Below are positions 52,548-64,000 of a stretch of 64,000 nucleotides of DNA, piece after piece; position 1 is the stretch's first letter, and each line of letters begins with the position of its first letter. The position numbers and the translations under genes are program-made. The stretch is from Callorhinchus milii (lineage: Eukaryota): positions 25,236,001-25,300,000 of the forward strand of contig NW_024704742.1 of assembly GCF_018977255.1 (NCBI RefSeq), given 5' to 3'. The notes below the pieces were generated by a model, which was not told the origin of the DNA, made no database searches, and saw only the letters and a list, made by a program, of their open reading frames with translations.

Positions 52548-54911
52548 GTTCAGTATGATTCACACTGCAATTGGTAAGGTGTGCTGCTGGTTGTAAACAT
52601 GACCCACTTTTTCACTGTGCAAGGCCAACCTGATTTCGGCAGGAGATCCTCACCAATGCAGGACTAAGATGCTAACTTTCCAATGCTAACTTTCCCAAAA
52701 CCCATTGCCATGGTTACCATTAGAAATTAAGCAATACCAAAACAAGACAGTTTGTAATTAGTGTTTCTCTGAGATAATCAGAGTTGTCCTGATTCTCTTG
52801 GGCCGTGACATTTAGTGCCTGCGCTTTACAGAGAATTAACATATTGCCAGAAAGTCTGAGAGAGAGAAAGGTCAGCGTATAGCTGGACAATTAGCTACAT
52901 TAGACATGCTGAAACATTACACACCTTACCCTTTTAGAGTTTATAGTTTTACAAAATTGTTACGTTCATATGACACCTTCCCAGTGCTGTTCTGGGGCTC
53001 GAAGATTTTTCCTGTTCTTAACCATAAGATCATTTTGTCTTAAAATTTAAGATTGTGCAGAGTTTGGGAAAATTCATAAGTTCAGGCCAAATGTACAACC
53101 TGGTTTCCTCGCAGTTCTTATGAAGAAAACTGGATTCCAAATTAAAATTGAGTTTAAGATTTTTTAAAATCCATGCACAGGGTCAAATTTTGAATCAATG
53201 GCTCTAAGGATAAGGGTCACAAAAGTGTGCAACCCTCAGCTGTCCTTCCTTACTCACATCCGATGCTTGACCAGGACCGTCTACCTCCACCTCTGTCATA
53301 CTGCCCGTCCTCCAACTTTCAGTCGCCTTTCTCCCCCTCTTATACCTGTGCTCACCTCTTGCTCACGAGAGTTGCTCACTTCTGAGTGATCAGAACACTT
53401 TCCATCTCTGCCTTTCAACCATGTTATGCCAGGATCCCAATGTGTATTTTCTAATTTGCTAGAAGAAAGAAAGAATTTGCAATTTTCTAGGATCTTATCA
53501 CATTGAAATGTCTCAATATAGTTGACTCAATAAAAGATATGGAGTGTAGTTGCATGCATTCGGCTCCCATTTTGCAGCCGCCCTGCCTTGTACCATAAAG
53601 GAAAGGCAGACATGAAATAGAATTGAACATGTTGATGAATTTGCAAATGAACCCGAAATAACCTGAATGGGTCATTGCTGTTCAAGCCTGGTTCAGATCT
53701 AGAATAATCATCCTGTGGTTAGTGCTTTAGGTCCTTCAACATATTACAGTGAGGAACCCATCAAATGGCTAGGCTTAATCTGTTTCCATGCTTTACAAAA
53801 TGTACAAGTTTATCATTTGTTCGTGCTGTGGGTGTGAATTTCACTGTATGCCTCCTCAGTTTCTAATTTTAGTCTCAGACATCATCACTGAACCTTTTAA
53901 AAACATCCTTCAGGGCAAGCTTCAAGCTTGGATGTTTGGCTCAGCCTGTTCAACCATCCACGATGAAGCCTGCTTGAAGTTAATTGCCCCGCCTCCTGCC
54001 TGAAGTGTTCCTGAACTCTCAAAATGCATGATATTCTATTACCCTCACAAACATTTAACACATTAGCCTTTCAATGTTGTACTTCAAAGAAATATATTCC
54101 TTTGTATAATTCTGACATAACAACACCAGAATCTCCAGGTTTAATACGTTAGATGGGAACATTTGTGGTTCGTGCATCTACTCTTGCTTGATGAATGTCT
54201 GAATGTCAATCTATTATACGAAACAGACACTCTAATTTTCCAGATACAACACTGGGTAGAAATTCATCTTGGGTTCACATTCACTCTAATTATGCATCAT
54301 TGTAGAACATCCAGCATTTAACACGTTTCTAAACGCAGACTTAATTTTGCAGACAATTTTATTGAAGTTCTTTTTAAGAGCTTCAAAGTCAAGACTGAAT
54401 TCAACAATTTGCCGAATGTTGGCATGATTTGAAACACTGAGAAAATAGAGTAAATCTATAGCCAGCTGAAATGTCTCCAACCATTATTAGGAACTTTCAC
54501 TCTAGTCCATGGTGTCAAAACCCCAGCAGCACAAAAATGGTAATCATTATTGGAGCTTTCTAAAGCTTCCACAAAGCGAATGCACCAGTCTGTGCAGGAA
54601 TATTGAAAAAATTATTGTTCCACTAAACCATCTGTGTGGATCAATTCAATTACTTGGAGCATTCAGAGGAGATCGAGGTCACTGGCTTTAGTGATTTGAA
54701 TTGCTTAGTTACAGCCTTTGTGCACAGGGCTCCATTCAGAGTTTATTCTCTCGATATAAGCTCTAAAGTATTGTTCCTGTCCACATCCACCACTTATTCC
54801 GCTAAAAAGTTGAAGTAAATTTGCTTGCTTTCCACATGTAGTTCAGTGTACAAAATGTACAAGTAAAATATCGTCATTATGATGAGTTTGGATCTGTACA
54901 AATACCAATCT

Positions 54912-55137
54912 GGAGGTAGAAATTCCACCGGATCTAGATTGACTATTTATTGGAACATTTCAGAGTCTAGAATTTGTCAAATTCTTAAACGCAGGTTCAA
55001 TTTTGAAGCTGTAATTTCTTTTAGCAAACAATGAAAACTGGCTTTGAAGTTAGACCCAAGCCAACAATTTGCCAAATTCTGTCACTGAAATGATAAAAAA
55101 AAGTAAGTCTGGACGCAAATGGCATTTCTGCCCCCAC
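54912..55137. mobile_element. Palindromic MITE-like element; second related copy at about 54253-54480
   Basis: Ends ggaggtagaaattcca / tggcatttctgccccc; internal arms catttcagagtctagaatttgtcaaatt / aatttgccaaattctgtcactgaaatg are complementary. Confidence 0.7.
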
Positions 55138-56161
55138 TGATCTATTTACTATTGATGTGATGTTCCTTGATGTTATTTTGTGGCTTTACCAAGGAAGCAC
55201 TGACTGGGGTGATGTGCCAGAGATGAAAAGGTAGCTGAGCTACATGAAGCAACAGTCATTTTTTATGATCTTGTACCTTGGGAATTTGGCAGCTGCTGTG
55301 CAATAAGTGGCCCCCGCTGTCACAAGAGAGAGAGAGAGACACACAGCAATGATCTACCATCAGTTTGAGAAATCTGTTCTTTTAATTATTTTTTTTCCCG
55401 GGGATAATCTGTTCAAATATAGCAATTTAGGCTCCTGTGTGGTTAACCCTTTCCTCAAAGATCCCTTTCTCTGCTCGTGGTCATCTATCTGTTACTTTGC
55501 TTTCTATATCCCCTTTGAATTTCCTGAACACTTTCATGGACTTCTGATAACAGCCAACTCTCATTTCAGTTCATCCATTTAAAAGGAGATGCACAAAGCT
55601 GGCATTGTATTGTGGAGCCGCTGTGGTTCAGAGTTATTAACGATACGGATGAAATTACAATTTATATTCAAGAGGGAAAGAATCCTCCGAGGGTAGTGCT
55701 TTAGTAAGAATATATATATACACACACAGAGAGTGAAACCAACTGCAAAGCATGTGGGCGATAAGCCTCAGTTCAGTCTGATTAAAGTCACTCGCTGGAT
55801 ACCTGTTGTGGAAGATATATGCACAATAACAAAGCGTTGAGAGCTGTACAAGAGCAGCAATTGGTGCAGTTGAGCATACACTGTACGTGACTGTTGCTAG
55901 GATTGTTTGACACACAGCACTGATTGTAGGGCTTTGTTCATTGCTTACTTGTATATTTCACAATAACCACTTGATCAATTGCATTTCATTTCAGAGTGTT
56001 ATTATTATCTTCACTCACCAAGTGCTGGAATGGACCTTTCTTTGCACAGGACAGTGGGGCTTGGGATTCTATGACACGTGCTCACGAACAGAAGAAAAGG
56101 AAGCAAGTGGGATATAAAGTCCTCCAGTGTAACATGGCTTCTGTTTTCCCTTTTTCCAAAG

Positions 56162-56294
56162 GAATCCACTTGGCCATTCTTGTTCGGAATGAATGTGGTT
56201 CCGGCCCTGGTGCAACTCGCTATCCTGCCCTTCCTCCCTGAAAGCCCCAAATATTTGCTGTGTGAAAAGAACGACTATATTAAAGCACAGAAAG
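56162..56294 (+). CDS. SLC2A9: GLUT9 coding exon (133 bp; TM6 + PESPK motif), [44 protein letters not shown]
   Basis: Acceptor ttttccctttttccaaag, donor gtaaag. ESTWP.LFG and LPFLP.SP.YLL.EK match GLUT9. Phase 0 start is compatible with the previous exon across a 26.4 kb intron. Confidence 0.95.
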
Positions 56295-58819
56295 GTAAAG
56301 TCACAGCAATGCAATTCAGTTCTGATAATACAACATACAGCAACCACTTGCATTTCTATAGCGTCCTTCACGCAGGGTAGCATCTCAGAACGCTTAATGG
56401 TGCTGTTTAATGCCAAGCCTGGGAGAAAGGGGAGGTAACTGTAGGCCTGATCAAACAGGAAGGTCTTCAGTTGTGATCTTTTTACATAAATCAATATACG
56501 TAGCACCTTACTTGTCGGGAAGATGTCCCAAGGCATTTAACAATACTGGCTTGGCACCATAAGTTCATTCATCGCAAACTAAATGGCAAAGCAAGAATTG
56601 TGAAAACGTCTTGTCAGCTTTGTAGAAAAGATGTAATAATTCATTGACATGAGAACAGAGTTGAGAGACTCCTAGTACAAACAGAGTTCTGTCTGTTCTA
56701 AGAGCTGAGTTCCAAGGTATGGGAACACTATTGAAACTCTTCTCAAATAGATGATTTTAGTTTTTTGTTTCTTTAATTGTTGTGTGGATGTCTCAAAGTG
56801 ATTCACAGGATATCCTGTAATGTGCAGTGACTGTGTGTTTTGTGGGTAAATACAGCATTCAATTTGCACACAGCAGTGTCCCACAATCAGCAGTGGAGTA
56901 AATGACCAATTTTAATTGGGGGATTATTGACCATGATACTGGGAGCTCTTCTCTTTTCAAATAATGCCATGGAATTTTTAGCATTCACCTAAACAAGCTG
57001 ACAGATTCTCAGTAACATCTCATTCAAAAGACAGCGCCTCTAACATTGCAGCACACCCCATTTATTTCATTTATTCTGTGTAGTAGGAGAATTTAATCAA
57101 GAACAATACTATACTTAGCTCTGAAAGTAGGTAGTGGGGAATTGTCAATGTAATGCATAATGCAATGAAATATTCATGGTAGGAATATTCAATTCACTGA
57201 ACTGTGCCAGTAACAATGGCTCCTGTTTGTAGCAGGATGTGGCAGGTCATTTAATAATATCTGGCTATGTTAGGTGAAAACCTAAGTATAATCCACAAGA
57301 TTATCGTTTTCAGTAAGAAGAAATGAATATTCCTTATCCCTGTCCTAACCTGTTTTGCTCTCATTTTAAGATTAAGTTCTCTTGTAACTGATGGGCCACC
57401 AGGGGGAGAAAGCTGTTTTATTGTGTCCCTTCATAATCCTAAACAGCTGTCAAATCATCCCTCAGTCTTTGCTTTGTGTTAACTAGCTCTCTCAGTTAGG
57501 GAGTCATTAACAATTCTTTAAAGTAGTGCAATTCTACAATACAATAGGTGGGCGACTGATTACTGGAAAAGCTTCCGCTATCAGGGAAATAGAATGAAAC
57601 TCGTGTCTTTAGTATCTGCAAATGAGTTGGGTGTTAGCATCAAAAGGTCCGAATTTTCTTTAAGTTACAATACCTGAGATAGCACCCAGCATATATGACT
57701 CTCAGGCATTCATGAGGAAGAAGGGAATAGAAGGGTATGAGAGGGGAATAGCGAGAGGAGATTGGGAGCGATGGAGGCCCCTGTAGAATACGAAGACCGA
57801 AATGGACTAGTTGGGCTGAAAGGCCTGTTTTGATGCTGTAACTTTTATATAATTCTATGTAACTACATATTTTCAAAATACCTTAGCAGGTACAATATAA
57901 AATAGGAGAAACTTAAAGCTGTTTCTAGGACAAGCAAATTAAATCCCAAACTATGGAGTGTCCTGGACGACAGGATGAGGCAAGGATCTCCTTGCCAGCT
58001 CACACCAGTGTACTGTACCAAGGCTTCAAACACATGTACACACACATCTGTACCATCAAACATCCTGCCAACACTGATTGCTTTAGCATCATGTGTATGG
58101 AATAGTGAGATAGTGGAAGGCTGCCATTAATCCCTGTAGACTGCACCTCAACCCAAGTCGTCGCCTCCAGGAAGGTAAAAGGAGAAGAGATGGGAGAGAA
58201 TAATATGTACTGTGTATTATAATATAATGTGGGTGCGGCAGAAGTGAAAATAGTGTAGCTCTTTGTTCTCTTCCTGAAGTGTTAAAAGAAAATTGTCTAG
58301 CTATGGCAGAGTCAAATTATAAGGTACAGATTTTGACATTTATCAAACAAAGGAATATTATTCCAAAAAGTTACCTGTGGATTACAAAAAAAAGCTACCT
58401 TTGTAGTTCAACCCATGAGTCATTTCTCTAATCTAGAAGCCAGCTTTAAATAAATAGCATTTATAGAGATAAAAGGGCTTCAATGTGGTATTAGAAACAC
58501 AGGAGCAGGTAGAGGTTGTTCAGCCAATTGAGCCTGTTCCACCACTTTATTAGATTTTGGCAAATATTTTAATACTAATGCCCAATCCCTTTGTGCCATA
58601 TCCTTTAATACCCCCAATAGCATCCGTTTCATTCCTGCAGGCCAGAAGGGTAATTGAAAAGGAAACTGTGGCAAAAATACTTCTAGCCTAAAAAGAGCAA
58701 CTGAGGCAGAATGTAAGCAAGCCTAAAGTTTTATCAGGTTTCAAATCAGAAGGCTTAACCAAAACACAATGATTGAAGGAGGCACAAAGCCAGGCACAAA
58801 TGAGGGTCAGTGAGGAAGA

Positions 58820-59025
58820 GTCAAAGGGGGCAAGAGGCAGCAGGAAATGAGAAGAGAAGGAACAGCAAAGGAGACAGGGAGAAACGAAAAGGAAAAGAGG
58901 GTGGAGGCAAAGAGAAGTAGAAGAAACAAAGAAAGAGAAATGGTAAGGTTAAAAAGTAGGAGACGGAGAAGAGAGAGGCAATGAGATTTGAGAAAGAAAA
59001 CAAAGATGGCAAGACAACAGGGAGG
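58820..59025. repeat. Purine-rich (A/G) low-complexity tract
   Basis: About 200 bp strongly enriched in A and G on the + strand. Confidence 0.8.
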
Positions 59026-59489
59026 ATAGTAAATTCTTGCTTATTTTACCAGGGAATCTGCAAGAAAGAAACATGGGAAATGTTGGAAAATGCAGGTAAA
59101 GGATGATTGTCCGCAGAAAATACTTCATTATAATTGAGAAGCACTAGAATGAACTGTCATCAATCCATTTCTCTTGTTTGAATAATATATTTTGTTACTT
59201 TTACAGAACATCATAGAGTATTAAAATACAGTCAGCACATAAAGAACAAAAATATTCATAGAACTTGTGTGTGTTTGATATTTGAGTTATAAAAGAAAGT
59301 CAGTATTTTGCAGTCAGGTGAAAGTCTGGTTAACTAATTGTACTGAATTTATTCAATTTTTGCAATATGTTCACAAACACGGAACTTGTGTGTTTCGTTG
59401 TGGTGGTGCAATTATAACAACGAATATTTTTAAACATATCTTATTTGATTTTTTAAAAAATATATCTTCTTTGTATCCTAATATTAATA

Positions 59490-60200
59490 TCAGCCTGGCT
59501 CCGTTGGTTGTACTCTCACCTCTGAGTTAAAGGTTATGGATTGAAGCCCTTTCTCAGAATTTTGAACTCACAATCTAGGCTGGCATTTCCATGCAGTGCT
59601 TGGGGGGGGTGTTCATTGTTGGAGGTGCTGTCCTGTGGATGAAATATTAAAATTAGATCCCATCTGCTTGTTCAGGAAGATGTTAAAGATCCCAATACAC
59701 TATTTGAAAAGAGAAGTGAGTTTCTTTCTGTGTCCTGGCCAGCAATCCCCCAATTAAAAAATAGTCATTCACTTCATGGCAGTTTGTGGAGCATTGCTGT
59801 GCGCAAATTGGCTGCCTACAAATGCATAGTCACTATACTTTACAGTGGAATTCTGTAAAGCATTTTGAGACATCTCAATGATGTAATAAGGTGCTTTATC
59901 AAACGCAAGAATTATTATCATAGTCGATGAGTTGACAGACCCTGGCTGCCTGTTCAGGTGGATGTTAAGGATCCCATGGTACTATTTGAAAAGAGAAGGG
60001 ACTCCTGGTGTCCTGGCAAACAATCTCCCAAATAAAATTGTTCATTCACTTCATTGCTGTTTATTACACATTGCTTTGTTCATATTGGCTCTCACATTTG
60101 CCCACAAAATACAGTTATTGAACTTCACAGTTTATCCTGTGAAGTAATTTGCAACGTCCTGATGTGAAAGGTGCTGTATTGAAGATTATTATTCTATTAT
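59490..60200 (+). mobile_element. Old SacSINE1-like DeuSINE (59490-59918) followed by a second 5'-truncated copy (about 59940-60200)
   Basis: Same head, body, Deu core and tail motifs as 45144-45563. Confidence 0.8.
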
Positions 60201-63200
60201 TATGCATGCAAGTGTATTAAATTATACAATTTACTGCCAATTAAAATAATTACAGGTGATTCTATATTTGAACATGGTTAACAGATAAGAACATAAGAAC
60301 ATAAGAATAAGAAGATAGGTTATTAGCTCATTTTAGCTCCCATTGCCATTGCATCATTATCAGTAGTACATGCGCATTGAGGGGCTGAATCCAAAAATGG
60401 ATCCCAGTACATAGGTAATTGATAATGCTTTGATTAGTTTTCTTTATTGTACTGTGGGCAAAGATCATTGAATAATCAGACCATAGAGATGCGTACTACT
60501 TGTACAGATGATAATAATCCTTGCATTTGATCCACAAATGTGATACACCTCAGGCAATTTTAAGCTTCAGTCAATCTGACAGTTTTTACACAGTTGGGTA
60601 TTTCACGTTATGTTTATCATCCTCTGATCAGCATAGGCTGACCCTGCGCTTATCTTAGCTTTCTCTGTTAAGATCTGTCAAAACTGTCACCCAAAGGGTT
60701 TCATCCAGACATCATCAATGAAATGGCAAACTGGCATGGGTGTCATTGCAATCCATAGTTTATTTAGAGAATCATAAAAGATCAAAGTAACTCATTGGGA
60801 ATCTGTGCTGAGGGAAGAGATTACAGAGAGTACAGCATTGCGAGGGCTGATGTTAAGTGTTCTGGGATGCTAACCTGCATGAAGGTCGCTATATAAGTGA
60901 AAGTTGTTGTTGATGCCAGATAACCAGATATCTCATCACATGTATTGGTGAGTATGATGCTCTGGGAAGTTTCTTATGTTCATTTTCATCTATCCTCAAT
61001 GGGAGGGTGGGTTGGGGGAGGGAGGGCAAAGATAAGCAAGATCTCTTTGGGTTGGTGTTGGCTGCAAATTGAAATGCTTGGCAGTAAAATATTACAATCG
61101 ATTCCATCTTCCATGGTGGTCTTGATCATCCTGTGCCTTAGCCAGACGGTTTTAGAGCACCTCTGATGACGGACTAGCCAGCCTGGATTGTTAGCATGTT
61201 TGGAAGAGCAGGCCTCAGGGGTGCTGGACAGTAGCTTGGCTAGAGTGGAAATTTGGGTGGGTACCAAGTTATGGTGGCCTAAATTTCTATTCCTAGCTTG
61301 GACAATGTATCATTCCTCCCACTCCGGCTCTATTCCCGTCACTCTCCACACTGCATCATACTTACCACTCCACCTCCCTTCCCATCTCTCTCTGCGCTGA
61401 GGGAGTATGCAGAATGATGGGAAGAGAGCTGGAATGGGAGGTGGGAAGTAGTAAAGAGAGCGATGGGTGGGCCTGGGTGCTAATTGGGTCAGCTGTGACC
61501 CTGGGGCTGGATTTGAGCTGGATAAAACAACAGGCAGCTTGCCAGTATTTGATCTTCCCCAATGCATACTCTGGGGTCCCCAAGCCTTGGCAAATGCCAA
61601 TTTGCACCTAGACATTATGGGATTAGATAAGTAGGATGCACCCCTCTGGAGAGAAAGTACACACTCCATGCCAGAAACTCAGAGACCATACCTGAGAACT
61701 CTTGGTGGTTTGGTTTAAAGCCTCTTAAGCTTGGTGATGGGTTTCCACGTATATCAGACATCTAAAAATAAAATCACTTTAATATTAGTGCTGGTGTTGA
61801 GGACAAGATTTAAGTCAGGAGGCTTTCAGGTGATGCTCTCCTCTGTCTGGTGTTGCAAAATTTAAGGGTGAGAAGAGGAAATCAAGGTTCATTTGATACC
61901 CGCAGGAGTATCAGATTGACACAGAGACCAACCGTTCCATTCTTACCCCGTTTGTGACCTTAACAAATGAACAGTGCTTTCCCCAGCCATGGCCGACCTT
62001 TCTTGCCAGCTATGCATTCTTGTTCTGCCTGTGTAATTTGGGCACTCCGACAAGATACTTTAAAGATTTCCCTTTCATCTTCAAAAACACTATCCCCTGG
62101 GGATTCCTCAGAGTGCAGGGCACAGTTGGAGAACTGAAATGTTATAGTTTATTACATGCAGACTCTTTGGCAGCTAGTTCACTTTTCTTAACTGAAGCTC
62201 CACATGTCACTGTGCATTGACGTTGCTCATTGCACAGAGCTACACATGGTTGAGCAGGAGATTGGCATTCTAATGTCTTAGATGTGTTGCGTGACGTCTC
62301 TACATTTAAGTGTGTCACATCCAAGAACAAGAGGGGTCAGTGGCTGACTAAGTTTACCAACACGTTTATACCCTGATAGCCATCTGTCCTTTGGATGGAG
62401 TAGGATTATTTTTCTCATACTTTAGCACATCTTAATGCTCCCACTTACAGTTCTCTAACTTGAACTGGTAACACATATCACAGCACAGGCTTCAGCACCC
62501 ATTACCTCCTACCTACCCCATCCATCAGGTAACGAAGCAGGTAATTGCTTGAGGACATCAGTAGTATGCATTCCATAGGCAGGTATTTTGTAACACTTTC
62601 TGTGCATAGAGTTTCATATTCTTGAAATGCAGTATTACAGAAGTGACATTTGCAACAGTTCACAGTACATTTCCCTTGTGATAATAAACAGAATTTGGAC
62701 CTCCTGCAAATTTGATCCATATTTTTGAAATATATGGGGTAAAATCTGCAGTATTCCTTATGTTTTCTTTAAATTAACTCAGGTGCTAATTTAAGAAACC
62801 CCATCCCTTTGACTCCACTGTATTTCCCGTTACACATAGGTAGGATCCACAGTGATTCATGGGATTGACAGCATAACGGTTTTGTCCCTATTCACTGTAT
62901 CCCGATGCTCATCTTGCAGGATGGGGGCTAAGTTAGATCCAAAGTGACTTGTCTGAAAATTAAAGATAGAAGTCGAGTGGATCGATTCTACACTGGGTCC
63001 GCAGTACATCAGGGCATTGTTGATGATGGATCAGCCAGTCTACCTCATTAGCGGGATTTGGATTAGCAGACCAGTCACTGGGGGCAAGGAATCTTCCCAC
63101 TCTGCCCATTTTAACTCTGCAATCCAAACCACTGATGGATTGGTCCTAGCTAGACAAGCAGTAGGAAACTTACGGGTGTTTGTAAAAGCAACAAATTACA

Positions 63201-63453
63201 TTTGTATATTGCCTTTCACGTCGGGAGAATGTCTCAAAGCGCTGAACAGTCAGGGATTTGGACCTGAGCTGGGGGTTGGGATCAGGAGGGGTGGAGGGCA
63301 GGGAGGATAGGGTCAGAGAGTGACCAAAGCCATGATTGAAGAGGATCTTGAGACAGGACTTGAACGAGGCAAAAGGAGGGAGCAAAGCAAAGGGACTGTG
63401 GGATATAGTAAGAGGTGCGAGCTGTTTAAACTCCAGCAGACCCCTAATGCACT

Positions 63454-63771
63454 GTGGAGTCCTGCAGCTCAGTGGTTAGAGAACTCGCTTTGCAAGCGAG
63501 AGACCTGAGTTCAATTCCAGGCAGGGCGAAACCTAGGGCAAGTTTCCTTACTCCACACGCCTAATAATAATCCCTCCAAAACCATAAACAATAATAAATT
63601 GGTCATTTTCAATCTACGACTGTTTGTGGGACATTGCTGTGCGCAATTGGCTGCCGCGTTCACCCACAAATATATAGTCAATTCACTTTACAGTGTATTC
63701 TGTGAAGCGCTTTGGGACGTCCTCCTGACGTGAAAAGCGCTGTATCAAATGCAATGATTATTATTATTATT
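63454..63771 (+). mobile_element. Young tRNA-Ala/Deu SINE, full length
   Basis: Family match; interrupts a copy of the unclassified repeat. Confidence 0.92.
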
Positions 63772-64000
63772 GTGTCCCTGAGCCTTGGCTCCTGCTAATC
63801 TGCTAATCTGCACCTAAACTCTCTAGGATTACAAAAGAAGGCTGTAACACTAAGGACACAATGCATACTCAGTAGTTTAGAGACTATTAAGCATGGTGAT
63901 GGGTTTCCAGTGTGTGAGATACCTAACCTATTGTTTTAAACGAAAAGAAAGCAACTATTGAATTCAGGGAAACTTTAGGATTTGTAACATGTGTGATTGT

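Noticed and set aside
57392..57410. CTCF-like ggccaccagggggag motif
   Set aside because: It lies inside a decayed CR1-like 3' fragment and has no supporting evidence.
59053..59095. 43-nt AG...GT segment as the next SLC2A9 exon
   Set aside because: No similarity to the expected cytoplasmic loop/TM7 exon, and its length would shift the frame.

Overview
This is repeat-dense vertebrate genomic DNA, most likely from a cartilaginous fish. A holocephalan such as Callorhinchus milii is inferred from the repeat content and is not proven. The only protein-coding gene supported is an internal part of SLC2A9 (GLUT9, urate/hexose transporter) on the + strand. It has four GT-AG exons (18361-18521, 26244-26368, 29622-29770, 56162-56294) that splice in frame to about 189 aa; the flanking exons were not found in the window. 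The rest is probably intronic and contains a young tRNA-Ala-headed, Deu-domain SINE, its partner L2-clade LINE (shared 3' stem-loop), older SacSINE1-like and AmnSINE2-like SINEs, CR1 relics and DNA-transposon MITEs. The long ORFs in the track are LINE fragments or noise. I found no convincing new multi-gene system. The best leads are a near-perfect 37-bp hairpin at 12845-12929, other palindromic elements, an unclassified 5-copy repeat family, mosaic SINE haplotypes, an L2 subfamily that spread despite an ORF2 frameshift, and inverted SINE pairs flanking exons. Repeat-family names and human GLUT9 residue numbers are from recall, not database searches.
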